64,000 nucleotides of DNA from Squalus acanthias (GCA_030390025.1 CM059432.1:147562001-147626000), one strand, 5' to 3'; positions 50,934 through 64,000 are shown, numbered from the stretch's first letter. Program-made: numbers and translations. The notes: a model not told the origin generated them from the letters alone.

Positions 50934-51992
50934 CGGGGATGCAGAGATGATCTTTGCCGTTTGTTGCAACTGGTGCAAGGTCTTGATGAGCTGTGACTCT
51001 GAGTGTGATATCGCAGTCTTTGATGGACAATTGGTCTCCTTACCATTGAACCATGTTGATGAACAGTGGTGGTGGAGACAGTAACAGTGGTGACAGTGGT
51101 GACAGTGGGCTGGAGTGAGAGCAGTTGGCTCCTGAGCATCCTCCTCAACATCATGCAGTCCCGTATCCAATGAAACTGATTTGGTGAGCAGCCCGCCAGA
51201 TTGAAATTCGGATGCAAGTAAAGAGAGGTTCTTCATTTGAGCGTGTTGACTTTTTTCAGTAGCGCACTCCCCAGTGTTCCCATCAGTCTGCACTAAAGCA
51301 TCTCTCATCTTACCTCCACTTCCTCTGAACACATTCTCATGCTTGGAAGTGTCTGTACTTGGCTGAAATAAAAGCGGTAATGATTCTAAAGAACGAGCCT
51401 CTGTGATGCTTCTTTCTTGCAGTTGGTCTTGAGCAATTTGGACGGTCACTAACTTGCTTGGACCAGTAAGATGTTCTGGAAGAAGACTGGACTCCTCCTG
51501 GGTGGTACTGACATTGTTCACAGTTGTTGCATTACTCCTTCCAGAGTCATCACTCTGACTTTCCGCAGCACTGTTTTGAACCTGGATCTGGTTACTCTGC
51601 CTGGAACTAGTGTCAGGAGCTGAACCGTGCTTCGTAGCCTCCAGAGATGTTGTGTGCAAACAGCTACTGCTGCCATTCAATCCACTTTTCTCCCCAGTGC
51701 TTTTCTCCCCAGCTGGAGCTGCAATCCTCTGCTGATTATCGAGAGCACAAGCATGGCTGTCGAGTTCTTCCACATTAAATGTCTCCTCTTCTTGTAAAAC
51801 ACGTGTGGCTGTGCCTGCTCCTGAACACGGTGCCTGATCACTGTCGACAGACCCAGGTATGGAGATCTGGTCAGTAACGCTGCCTGTCACTTGCTCAAGA
51901 TCCTCGCACTGGGATGACCACTGCCTGCTCTCCTGTAAGGTGGCTTGGCTGTCGATGCTGTCATCACTAACATTTTGTAGTGTGCATTGAAT
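50934..51992 (-). CDS. ITPRID1: ITPRID1/CCDC129-like large coding exon (1059 nt, phase 0 to 0)
   Basis: Lies within ORF 50910-52043. tttcag acceptor and CCG|gtaagt donor. Contains DALVQT, LTKSVSLDTG, a PAHCHHCHHC Cys/His tract and ESQLIKTL..LQ, in the order I recall for CCDC129. Confidence 0.9.
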
Positions 51993-52144
51993 CTGAAAAT
52001 GTTCAGCAAACATTAGGTAACGCACTGACGAGAAACTAAGCATCTGATTTTAGTTTTTGAGATAAAGTTTTAAAAGCCCTAATGTTCCAGTATGGTCACT
52101 TAATTAGCTCAGATAAAAGCCTTCTCTCCATTATTCTAACAGTT

Positions 52145-52552
52145 AAAGAAGAAAGATTTTTATAGCACATTTCACTAGCTCAGGGTGTCCAAAAGCGCTT
52201 CACAGCCAATTAATTAATTGATTTTGAATGTAGGGACACGCAGCAGTCAATTTGCACACAACAAGGTTCCACAAATAGCGATGAGATAAATAACCAAATA
52301 ATCTAGTTTTGGTGGTGTTGGTTGAGGGAAAAATATCGGACAGGGCACAAGAAGAACTCCCTGCCATAGTGCCATGGGATCTTTTACAGCCACTCCAACA
52401 GGCAGACAGGGCCTCAGTTAATTATCTGATCTGAAAGATGGCACCTCCAACAATGCAGCACTAAAGTGCCAGCCACATTAGGTACTGGAGTAGAGCTTAA
52501 ACCCATGACCTTTTATGCTAAAGAAGAGAGTGCTAGTGAGACAAGCCGACAC
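52145..52552 (-). mobile_element. Same SINE family, diverged copy
   Basis: Collinear with 16407-16856. Confidence 0.75.
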
Positions 52553-53486
52553 AAATTAAAGTAGCAGAGAGGAGAGCTTGATATGAATGTACAGAAGTTT
52601 GGATGACAATTTCTCGGCTATAATAAAGCACTGAACATTTAATCGGAAATATCACTGAGAACTACCGCAGATGGAGACTGCCAGAAATCAGGAACATTTC
52701 AGGCTCCCTGGGCTAGCCAGTTTATAAGTATTTCAGTGGCACTTTGTACAAACTGGAGAAGCATTAATATTATAATAAGAAAACTACCCAAAAGAAAGGA
52801 GTAGCTTCATTAAATTCACCTTAACTGTCTGTCTGTCACTTTCAATCTCCCCATGGCATCACACAGGAGAGGTAAGATCAAGTGTACTCTGCAGGTGAAG
52901 TGGGCTTAAAAGGTGGGGATAATTAGGCCAGAGCATGAAACCATAATTCAGTCTCAGTTTTAAAGTCATACATTCTGTCATTATTTTTATATAATACTGA
53001 TTTGATAGTATTTATCATTAAATAGCAAAACTGACAGCAACTTAGGGGTAGAGAAGTAGACTTGGTTGGAGCTGCTGTGTAGTACAGACTGAGGCACTAC
53101 GTTGCCCCCACTGGCAGGGTGATGTAATTACAGCGTGACAAGTTTACATAGGCAGCTTCCAATATAAATATGGACATATGAGTTTATAATGGGGAAAGAC
53201 GTTGACACAAAAAATGACAACAGGTTTTGTAGGTGCCGATGTAAGATTTTAAAAATATTAAAGATTTTTTAACTTTAATTTTTCTTTCTTTCTACCTAAG
53301 CTGCCTTTTCTATACCTGTTGATTTCTTAAACAGTAACTCTAAAGCTCTTTACTTAACATGGCCTAGATTTTTGTCTTTGCAACCTGCTCACTGGGAGGG
53401 TTAGATTTTGACCTTGCGCGATAGTGTAAAGTGGGGGATAGCGAATCAGCAGAACCATTTTACATCTCTCCCGATTTTTATTTCCA

Positions 53487-53952
53487 TTGCCTTATGAGGA
53501 GAGATTGGGTCGATTGGGCTTATACTCGCTGGAGTATAGAAGAATGAGAGGGGATCTCATCGAAACATATAAAATTCTGACAGGTCTGGACAAACTAGAT
53601 GCAGGAAGAATGTTCCTGATGGTCGGAGAGTCCAGAACCAGGGGTCATAATCTAAGGATAACGGGTAAGCCATTTAGGACAGAAATGAGGAAGAATTTCT
53701 TAACCCAGAGAGTGGTGAACCTGTGGAATTCTCTACCACAGAAGGTAGTTGAGGCCAAGTCATTAAATATATTCAAAAATGAGTTAGATATATTTCTTAA
53801 AGCTAAAGGTATCAAGGGATATGGGGAGAAGGCAGGAACAAGGTACTGAGTTTGGATGATCAACCATGATCTCATCGAATGGCGGAGCAGGCTCGAGGGG
53901 CCGAATGGCCGACTCCTGCTCCTATCTTCTATGTTTCTATGTTTCTATGTTT
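53487..53952 (+). mobile_element. CR1 3' fragment
   Basis: YEERLGRLGLYSLE..TRGH..WNSLP and a (TTCTATGT)n tail. Confidence 0.9.
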
Positions 53953-54578
53953 CAGATTAAACAGTGCTCATACACTGTGGGGCTGATTCATATGTGGCAT
54001 CGCGTGTGAATGAGATGACCACACCCTATAATAGCTGCTTGGAACACTTTTCTGGGGCTCTCGATGTGTCGCTCTTGATACACATCATCGGTCATCGCAA
54101 TATAGGCCCCAACATTTAAACGGGGCATCTTCGGGCAATTTAGCAGTCTATTAGTGCGGGAGAAAAATCACGCTTTCCTCCCGTTTTTAACCAAGAATAT
54201 CTATTTATTTTCTTGCGACATCATGTGAAGTAATTGGGGCCAAAGAGCAAAACCAAGTGACATGAATCTTGTCATCCATGTGGAAATGACTTATGAAATA
54301 ATACTGGGCGGCCTGCTGGTGGCGCTGTCCAGGGAGAGTATAAATACTCGGGCATGGGCCCAGCTTGCTCAGGACATTCTTTAACAGGAACTAGTGAAGG
54401 GCACAACTAGATCTCCATGTTGAAAAACAGTTGATTAAAGCTTTGTTTAACACTTAGACCAAGTGCCTAGTAGTTTTCTTACGTCACCAAGGTTGAGAAG
54501 AAATACTGGCTGCCAACTACCCTTAGAGATAACTTATTGCTGCTGTAGGTCAAGGCTTTGTGCAGTATGGTTATCTAC

Positions 54579-54649
54579 CTGTGATGGGATGAATGGCTCC
54601 TCCAGAAATCCACTACTGTCTGACTGACAACTATTATCTCTTTTCATAT
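54579..54649 (-). CDS. ITPRID1: ITPRID1/CCDC129-like coding exon (71 nt, phase 1 to 0)
   Basis: tttcctaacag acceptor and CAG|gtagat donor. Encodes MKRDNSCQSDSSGFLEEPFIPSQ, matching the RANSCQSDSSGFLEEP motif I recall from vertebrate ITPRID1. Confidence 0.88.
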
Positions 54650-54716
54650 CTGTTAGGAAAAGACAGATGTTTAGCATAGCATGATAATCACCCAGCATCA
54701 CTGTAAGAGGGACAAG

Positions 54717-55952
54717 ATCTTGCATTTGTATCGGGCCTTTCATCTCCTCAGGATGTTCCAAAGTGCTTTACAGTCAATGCATTCTTTTTTGAAGTGGAGT
54801 CATTGGCATTATGTAGGCAAACATGGCAGCCAATTTCCAGACAGTAAGGTGCTACAAGCCGGCATGAGATGAATACCAGTTAATCTGACTTTGGTGCTGT
54901 TGTTTGAGGGATAAAGGTTGGCCAGGGCACCAGGGGAACTTTGTTACTCTTCAAGTCGTGCCTTGGGACATTTTGGGGGTGATTTTCTCAATGGGGAGCT
55001 TTTGGAGGCGGGACTCCCACTTATCTGGTTTCAGTCCCGCCTCCATCGACTTTTGGCCAACCCACGCTATTTTCCCTTGATTGACCTTGTTAAGCCCGCC
55101 CAGTGGGCTTAGCAGGCCTATTAAGGGAAAGTCGGTTACTGGTGACGTCAACGAGTGATGTTTCATCTGTCAAGAGCTTTTGACAGATGAATTGTCATCG
55201 TTTGACGGCTCTGTGAATCTGTCAAACACTGACAATCTGTCCTCTAAGTTCAGTCCTTCCACTCAGACTCAGTTAGAGAGCTCTCCTGAGCAGAAAGCAG
55301 AAGGCTGCAGCTTTTGACAGTTCAGCAGCCATTCTGCTTTCTGTGCCAGTGAGCTGAGGGACTCCTGAGGCCTGAAGGGAGGAAGCCTGCAGGAAGAAGT
55401 AAAGGTAAGTAAAACTTATTAAAACGCTTTACACTCACCTCACACACTTACCTCTACACACATGCACCCATCACTCACCTGCACACCGGACATCTCGGCC
55501 CCTCCAACCCCCGCAGACCGACGGCCCGCCTCGCTGACCCTGGCGAGGTTCGGAGCCGTCGGGAAGCCCACACTTCAGGGCTCAAACTGGGGATTCTCAA
55601 AAAATTGGCACTAATCCCCTTCCCACCTCGAGGAGACGGGGCCCGGTGCGGGTCGGGTACCCGCCTCCTGGGAAGATGGCACGGAGGTGGGTTGGGGGCG
55701 GGATGGGTACCCGCCCCAGATTCTGCCATTTTCCCGGCAATCCCGCCTCCCCAGGGCCGGCAAAATCGCCCCCTTTATATCCATCTGAGAAGGTAGACGG
55801 GGACTCAATTTAACATTTCACCTGAACGATGGCACCTCCAACAATGCAGCACTCCCTCAGTGCTGCACTAAAATGTCAGACCAAGGTTTGGTGCTCCAGT
55901 CATGGAATGAACTCGTAACCTTGTGATTCAGATGTGACAGTCAAGGCTGACA
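54717..55952 (-). mobile_element. Same SINE family, split by MITE 54975-55773
   Basis: SINE halves at 54717-54974 and 55774-55952 rejoin when the MITE is removed. Confidence 0.75.
54975..55773 (-). mobile_element. Harbinger-type MITE, family B, inserted in a SINE
   Basis: TIR GGGGGTGATTTT / AAAATCGCCCCC with TTT TSD. Confidence 0.9.
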
Positions 55953-56352
55953 CTAGGTAATGTGGGGCTGGCACCAATTTGGATTTTCTTCAGTCAAATA
56001 TTTGAATTATGCATCGGAAACCCCGAACTACTCAACACAGAGACCACTGTGCAAAGCTTACTTTGGGGCCAGCGGCGAACGTCTTTGCTTTGCCACTGAC
56101 CGCAAATTACGGCCCAATATATTCCTCAATATAATTAAGAGTGGTAACTTGCTGCAGTTTTATTAATACAGCTGAAAATGGGTTTATCACAGAAAAATAA
56201 GTATTTTCAATTAGAGTGTCTAGTCCACCACCTGTGAGTAACCCAATTTTAAATAACTGAAAATGACTTTAAAAAACTATACAGAACTATTTACTAGTTT
56301 CATTGGTGTACAGTAGTCAGAGTCTTAGTAATTAAATATTTTTTAATAGTTA

Positions 56353-59300
56353 AAGGTCTAGAAATTGGATATGGCCACGAAACGGGCAGTGTTCAGGCCC
56401 AACGATGTTAAGCTGTGCCACCTCAAAATGGTCGAGTAGCACGCAAAATTCGTGTTCAGTCCTTATTAACATGATTGTAGTCTTGATTTCAGCGCTAAAC
56501 CTGCTGCTCATTGGCTTAATGCTCAACAAGTGGACCGGTCTAATTCCCAATCATATTTACCACTGGCTTTATTCAGTGCTTAAAGGGGAGGTGCATTGAT
56601 GCTACAGCACCTCATTGTCAAGCCAGTCAGAACTGTAGCTGCAAGAAGAAGGTAATGCAAACCCATGGCAGAGCGTCATCAAAGGGAGCGTGTCCGCAGA
56701 TTTTTTGACGCAGCTCTTAAGGCACTGGTCATGGTCGTGGAGGGGAGGCGGGCTGTCCTCTTCCCACACATTGGCAGGAAGCCCTCGCCACACACCTCGC
56801 AAAGGCTCTGGCAGAAGATAGCCGCCCATGTCACGGCCAGCACTATAGTGCCAAGGTCGGCCGTCCAGTGCCGAAAGAAGTTTAATGGCTTCACACGGCA
56901 GGTCAAGGTGAGTGAAGGCTTCAGCAAATGCCATATCCCACCATCTGCACCACAAGCCTCACACACTGCTCAATGCACCACACCCCCATCTCTCACCTAC
57001 CAACAATCTCTGCCTATCTCCACTCAAACCTCACAATCAGAGTTTCACTTCACCCTCACAACCTTACCACTGCTGCAACACTCACAGCCACATCTCACAC
57101 CTTGCAAACACTGACAGCTATTGAACTATGGCAGGCACATCACCCAAACACATTGCACCACACTCACTGACACACTTCTCTTTCCCTTGCAGGCCAAGGT
57201 CGCGCATAACCGTAGGGAGCAACAGCAGACGGCCAGGAGGCGGCCAGGCTGACAGCCAGCTGGAGGAGAGAGTGCTGGACATCATTGGGCGGCAGATCAT
57301 AGAGGCCGTGGCAACTGGTGAGGTTGAAGCCCTTGGGGACAACAACGGTATGCTCATTCCTAATCCTGCTCACATCCCGCTTCCCCCTCAACCCACAATC
57401 TCTTCTCACTTTAAAGCTGCTGATGCTGTATGTATGCATATCTTGCTTCCCTGCCCCCTCCCCTCACCATAACCCGACTCTTGTGCCTTTCTACTGTCAG
57501 ATAATCAACAACAAGCACCGGAGCAGCCTGTTCCCGAGGCGATGCAGGGGATCGAGTGGGGAGAAGAAGATATAGTGTCACTCCATCTGTCGCTAGCAGA
57601 CACCAGCTCAGAAACTGGCACTGCGCGCACTTTAGAGGTTAGTGTAGAAGTGGGATCTGCAGAGGGTGAGGCACCGGGCATGAGTGGGCTATAGCAAGGC
57701 CAGGGGGAAAGGGTGGCTCGGGGGCCAGCTCACTGGATGGCGAGTTTGTGCGCGAGTTGGGGCAGCCTTCAGAGAAGGGTGATGGGCAAGCACACGGAGA
57801 TGATCGGTGCAATGGCAAGCCTGCCAGCGAGCCATTTAGCAATGTCAAGGAGCATGAATTTGACTGCCTCCAACATTGCCCGGGGCTCTGCGCAAAAGTT
57901 GGAGCCCATCATTTTCAGGCTGGAAATGATGGAAGACTCCCAAAGTGACCTGTGCCGACCCAGACATGATGCTGCGTGTGATGGGCGATGTCACGGCTGC
58001 CATTGCAGCACAGGCAGAAGCGACCCCACCGTCTTAGTGCTGCAGCGGAAGCTCTGACCGATCTCATGAAGTCTCAACTTGATGCCACAAAAGCTCAGAC
58101 CGCTGCCATCGTGGCTGGGTTTACCACTGTTGGCCGGGGCTTGCAGAGTGTCGCAGCAGGCCAGCAATCTGTGCTCCAACAGATTGCTAGGGATGCTGAG
58201 GTGCTGCCCCGGGGGAGTAGCAGTGGGTCAGTGGAGCAGGAATCTGCTGTCCTCTCTCAGGATGACAGCATTCCTGCTCCCACCACTGCCACGCCGCCAT
58301 TGCCCTTGTCTCTGCCTGTCAGCCAGCGAGCGCAGACTGCTGCCGCCCGTGCCAAGGTGGTGCAGTCTACAGTCGGGCCTTCTAGGGTCACAGCTGCTTG
58401 AGGTCGTCCTGCAAGGCCATCTGAAGCCTCCCCCATGGAAACTCAGCGGCCTTCCACCAGCCATGCTGCAGCCACTGGGGGAGCACTTCATAGGAGCACT
58501 AGATCAAGAAAGGGCACCCGAACGACAGGCACTAAGGGATTGCACAAGGGTGATTAGTTCATATCATTAGTGTAAATATGTGTGAATTGTTTATTGATAA
58601 ATTTATTAATTTTGTTTGGAATCTTTTGTGCTGTCTCTCATTTCAGCTTTGTGCCCAGGAGGACACTGTGATGTTCTGTGACAGAGGGATGGTGTGATGG
58701 GGAAGTGGTGAGCAATGGGGATCTGAGGTTTCATTCATTGGAATCGGAGTCTGATGAGGCGTTCACGGACAGCCCGTTCGGAAGGGGGATTGGCTGCCTG
58801 TCTCCTCTCTCCTCGTCCTCTTTCTTTTGATCCTCTTCCTCTTCCTCCTCCACTTCCACCTCCTCCTCCTTCTCTCCCTCGTCCTCCTCCTGAGACGGTC
58901 CTGCCATCCCTGCTGATGGCTAAATTGTGAAGCATGCAGCAGACCACCACGAAATGGGGCACCCTTGTGGATGCATTGCTCTCATTATATGAGTGCTGGG
59001 CACGAGTGTTGGGGTTGCGGAGGGGAGTGATGAGCCAGGTGCAGAGTGGATAGCCCCTGTCTCTCTCGAGTTTGCTGTGGTGGCTGGAAGATTGCAGGAA
59101 CACCGGACTGGCGCAGGATGAATGCATCATGACTGCTGCCAGGATAGCGGGCATTGCTCATCAGGAATTGTCGGGCGTGGTCGCACATTAAGTGAGTGGT
59201 AGCCTTTGCGGTTACGGGAGATCTCAGGATTGTTATACGGCGCCCACAAAGTCACGTGTGTGCAGTCGATGGCGCCCTACACCATGGGAAAGCCCGCTAT

Positions 59301-59975
59301 CCTGGCAAAGCTACAGGCACACTCCTCCTGCTTCTCTCTGCTCAGAGAGAACACACCGTAATCCCTTCTCCTGGTGTAGAGAGCCTTAGTGACCTACCGG
59401 ATGCAGTGATTGACGGCGAACTGTGAGACGTTAGCTATGTCTCCTGTTGCAGACTGAAAGGATCTGATGGTGAAAAAATTGAGGGCCAAGATTGATTTGA
59501 CACTCCCAGCCACCAGCTCCTTAAGGTCAACCAGCAAGGACATTTGCAGTGTCCCCCACTGAAAGTCAGCAGCCTTCCACCAGCCATGCTGCAGCCACTG
59601 GGGTAGCACTGCGTGACATCGGTAGGATAGACAAAGGCACACACAACAGTCACTAAGAGAATGCATAAGGGTGATGAGTTGATTCCTGATGGCATATTGG
59701 ATGGATAGGTGTATAAAGTTGGATTGGAAAGTTTGCTTTGTGGTGGCTTTTATTTCAGCATCGTGGCCAAGAGGACGCTGTGATGGTCAGTAACAGAGGG
59801 AAGGTAAGGTGTGGGACAAATGTTGAAAGGGGAATTGGGGTTGTGGTCACTGTGACTGCAGGCGGATGATTCCATCCCAGATATCCCAGCCACAAAGGGG
59901 CTGCCCGGGATGCATCCTTCCGTCTGCTTCCTCCTCTTCTGCTTCCTCCTCTTCTGTGTCTTCCGCTTCCCTCTG
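56353..59975. mobile_element. Decayed two-gene Harbinger: Myb-like relic (+; exons 56665-56907, 57193-57347, 57501-~58555) and transposase relic (-, ~58735-59490), followed by a second 3'-end fragment
   Basis: Exon 1 is still open (WQKIAAHVTAS..QCRKKFN). Exons 2-3 and the transposase carry frameshifts and stops. Confidence 0.87.
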
Positions 59976-60554
59976 CAAGTGGATTCTGTAAATGTGAAAT
60001 GACAGCATAAAATGCTGGAAATACTCATCAGCTGGTCAGGCAGCATCTTGACCTGAGACGTGAACTCTGTTTTTCTGTTGCGTGACCTGCTGAGAATTTG
60101 CAGCATGTTCTGTCTGCTCAGAGGCCTTCCTTTACCATCCGAGCCCTTGCGAGTGTCCAGCAGAACTCCCTACACACTTAAAAAAAAAAAATCACATCTA
60201 TTGCAGGAAGCCACCACTTCAACTGGCGAACACGAACTTTTCCCCCTCTGGGTTTCTCCAAGATGGCTCCTAAGCCTCCCAGGTGTGCAACCAATAAATA
60301 GCACAGGTAGCACTGGCTGCACACCTGAATCATCTTAATGAGGTCTCAACACCAACTTCACGTGGGCCCTGGCACATGCAGCGTGCACCCAGCCGCCTGC
60401 ACACACACTTTCAGGCACAGTCTAATTTCTAGGCCAGTGTTCTATATGAGGCCGAACCAAGGTCTTGTACAAGGACAAAATAGCATGTTACGTTTCATAT
60501 TAAATAGTCCTGTGAATGTAGCCCAGTACCCTAGCGTTTGATGCACTAAATGAC

Positions 60555-60783
60555 CTACACTGTCGAAAGGTAATGGTACTTTATTTGCACGTGACAGGAA
60601 AGGACTGTTTAGCCGAGTACGTCTAGAATGGTCTTGCACAACTTTAACACGTCTACAGTGTTTGCGTGGTACCAAAGGACAGGCAGGCAGTAGGTTTGGG
60701 ATTGGACGGCGTTCGCACTCCCCTGTTGCAGTTCCTGTTGGGGTGAGCGAGCGAGCGAGCATGCACCAGCCAGCTGCTGACAC
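60555..60783 (-). CDS. Candidate upstream or alternative exon of the host gene (229 nt, phase 0 to 1)
   Basis: Non-repetitive open frame with a tctccag acceptor. A weak G|gtcatt donor gives the phase-1 end needed to join exon 54649. No family motif recognised. Confidence 0.25.
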
Positions 60784-62392
60784 CTGGAGACTTCAATAGC
60801 TGAACATCTGCAACAGCTGCTGAAACGTGCAGCGGAAAAGTCAGATACAATTTGAAATGTCAAATGTAATTGTGGAATTAAATTTTAATTTTACCCACAG
60901 ATTGCAAGCATTAGTCTCACATATGCTACAATTATCTCTGTTTTAGATAAGTTCATTATGAATCTCGTTACAGGTAACTTCCTTTCATAATTGGATCTGC
61001 CTTATGTCAGGATTCTATCTGGCGATTTATTTTTCCATAGATGCATTCGAAAAATAGTGGCCTTTTTAAGGCTATTATATTCCACGTCATCATCTTTTTT
61101 GACTTGTTCATAAAGACTTATTGGTTAAGATCATGAAACTGGTAAAATTGCATGGGTATATGACCACACATGTGCACTGTTTGTGTGCCCAGGACTGCAA
61201 CCCCTAATGCTTGTGTTTCAAAGTCTGATGGGTTTACAGCCGTACATACACAAGCTGCCAGAGTCACAAGGTGTTAGATAACAAAGCAAACAGTGATTCA
61301 GCATTCACTGTACAAGCTACTATTTTCTAGCAAAACAATATCAGCCTAACATCTAGCCTACTTCTGCCGTTGCGTAATTTAAGAGTAAGGTATCAAGGGA
61401 TATGGGGAGAAGGCAGGGACAGGGTACTGAGTTTGGATGATCAGCCATGATCTCATCGAATGGCGGAGCAGGCTCGAGGGGCTGAATGGCCTACTCCTGC
61501 TCCTATCTTCTATGTTTCTATGACTTCTGGTCCTCCACAATCCATCTAATTGAAATAATTTGTCACTATGAACACAATCTAGGCCCTTCATTATTGTATC
61601 GACCTCAATCAAATTGCCCGAGTCTCTATATAAACTCAGCTTTTTAAGCCTATCGAGATAGCTAAGGCGCTTTTAACTGGGGATCAATTTTACCAGCTCC
61701 TTGATGAGTTTAATAAGTTTTTCCTTTAACATTTAAAGGTGACGTCCCTTTGCATGTTACTTCTGCTTCCTGCATCATCACACAAGAGGTGGGCATGCAA
61801 ATAAATGCAGCACTTTCCAGGAGGTAGTACGTCACCCACTAACTTTGCAATTGAAATGAGCTACTGAGAAACGCGACCGGGAAGAAGAGATATAAACAGG
61901 TGTCAGGGACAAGGATAGAAACACATTCGGGCGGGGCACGGCAATCCCCTGTATGTTCCCCTGACATAAACATGAACACAACACCAATGTAATGACTTGA
62001 CACTGGATTTCATGGACACTATCTACAGCCACAGTTGAACAGGTCGAACAGATTTGAATAAGCTCATTATCACCTCCTTTTACTTTGCACCATCCTCATT
62101 ATTACCACATTTTGCCTTGCATCATCATCACTTTGGTCATGTTATCACTCCTGCACTCTGCCTCATCACAGACCTCTGCCTTTTCTTCTTTTCCTGCTCC
62201 GTTTACCCTGGCTCTGTACCTGCTTAAAATCTGTTCATCTCTAGCATCTTCCAGTTTTGATAAAAGATTAACGACTTGAAATGTTAACTCTGTTTCTCTC
62301 TCCATAGATGCTGCCTTACCTGCTGAGTGTTTCCAGCATTTTCTGCTTTTATTTTTAATTAAGTCCATGTCTGGTATCCAGTAAAATACATT

Positions 62393-63285
62393 GGGGGAGA
62401 AATTCAGTATCGCCCCACTTGGGGCGCAATTATCGGCCAGGCGCAAAGATTAGCGCCTGGCGCTAATTATCGCCACCGACTGCAAACTTGACTTTTATCG
62501 CCCCTGGAGGTGATTGGAGCGCTAAAACAGGCGCTACACATCTGTCTTAAGGCGCAAAGGCCAAGGAGCGAGGCGCTACCTCAGAGCGCTGGCGAAGCTC
62601 ATGTGATGTCAGTCAGCAATGGAACACAAACACAATGGCGCCGGCCAGTTCTTAAAGGGGAGGGTCGATCTTGCTTTCCATCCACATCCTGCTCATTGCA
62701 GCCTTGAATCTCGGCCTGGAGAGACCTGTACATCAAATCTGCTGGAAAGAACAATGGAGAGGACCAGGGAAAGAGCTCAGAATGCAGCCCCCACAGTCTC
62801 TTCTAAATCGATACAAGGAAGGGCAAATCAAAATGAACCTGCAAAGTACTGCTCAGTACCCAAAACTCCTTCACACAACGTTGAATCTTTTCAGAGGTCT
62901 CTCTCTCTCTCTCTCAGAATGCGTGGTTCAAAAATGTCACCAACAATAAAAGGCAGGAAGCGGTCGCCTTTAAATAGCGCTCCCCCAGTCCCTTCCTGAC
63001 TGCAAAACGTTCCCCTCAACCTGTCGTTGCTAGCGGCAGGCGGTAAGGCAGGGGGCGCCACTCAATATCTGCTCCGGGGCGCTACCGGGGCGTTGCGCAC
63101 TCGACTGACGTCACGATCTGCCGGCGCAGGAGATGGTGGCGGTAGTGTTTAGCGCTGCCGCAAAATGTCTAGTTAATTTCGCGAGCGGCACAAACATCGC
63201 CACGTCCGGGCGCTAGTTGCTTTGCGCCCCATTAGCGCCCTCTTAAGGCGCTAACGGGAGGCGCAACCAACTGAATTTTTCCCCC
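62393..63285 (+). mobile_element. Second copy of the same non-autonomous Harbinger
   Basis: Collinear reverse complement of 11063-11963 with the same TIRs. Flanking triplets ATT/TCT do not match. Confidence 0.92.
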
Positions 63286-63509
63286 TCTGTTTTTGAATCT
63301 CCAAACTTTTGAGTACTGTTTCATCCAGATAGCTTTGGATCGGTCTAATTTCTATCCAATTACCTAGTAACCTAATGCATACCTTCCTCTTGGGTTTCCC
63401 TTCCCTTCATTTTTGCCTGCCACTCTCTCCCATCAGCCTTGGCAAAAGCTGCAAAATGATTGAGCTGCCCTCTGAGGCTGTCCAAAGGCTTTCTTTTCAT
63501 GAATGTACA

Positions 63510-64000
63510 TGAATCACAAAAAGTTAGCATGCAGGTACAGCAAGTAATCTGGAAGGCAAATGGAATGTTGGCCTTTATTGTAAATGGAATGGAGTGTAAA
63601 AGTAGGGAAGTCCTGTTACAACTGTACAGGGCGTTGGTGAGACCACACCTGGAGTACTGTGTACAGTTTTGGTCTCCTTATTTAAGGAAGGATATACTTG
63701 CATTGGAGGCAGTTCAGAGAAGGTTCACGAGGTTGATTCCAGAGATGAAGGGGTTGTCTTATGAAGAAAGGTTGAGCAAGTTGGGCCTATACTCATTGGA
63801 GTTTAGAAGAATGAGAGGGGATCTTATTGAAACATATAAGATTCTGAAGGGACTCGACAGGGTAGATGCAGAGAGGATGTTTCCCCTCGTGGGGGAATCT
63901 AGAACTAGGGGGCATAATTTCAGAATAAGGGGGCACCCTTTTAAATCGGAAATGAGGAGAAATTTCTTCTCTCAGAGGGTCGTGAATCTGGAATTCTCTT
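63510..64000 (+). mobile_element. CR1 3' region running off the window end
   Basis: [36 protein letters not shown]. Confidence 0.9.

Noticed and set aside
60947..60973. Possible plus-strand 27-nt microexon (ttttag|..ACAG|gtaact)
   Set aside because: No partner exons or plus-strand gene are evident, and such signals arise by chance.

Overview
Eukaryotic genomic DNA, very likely from a cartilaginous fish (shark-type CR1/L2 LINEs, Deu-domain SINEs, Penelope relics). There is no prokaryotic content and no CRISPR array. The backbone is the 3' half of an ITPRID1/CCDC129-like gene on the minus strand: five phase-compatible coding exons between 54649 and 8137. Its introns are packed with nested transposable elements. 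The main find is a structurally complete two-gene PIF/Harbinger DNA transposon (12251-16406). It has TIRs, a 3-bp TSD, an intact 383-aa DDE transposase (minus strand) and a convergent three-exon 458-aa Myb/SANT-like partner gene that the ORF track splits into pieces. Two matching non-autonomous derivatives, several other Harbinger MITE families and at least five decayed relatives are also present, and their insertion sites share a quasi-palindromic flanking preference. A second system is a set of Penelope-derived mini-elements carrying minimal hammerhead-ribozyme motifs, including a 173-bp near-perfect palindrome with one ribozyme motif on each strand. All family assignments come from motif recognition by eye; no database search was run, and boundaries of decayed repeats are approximate.
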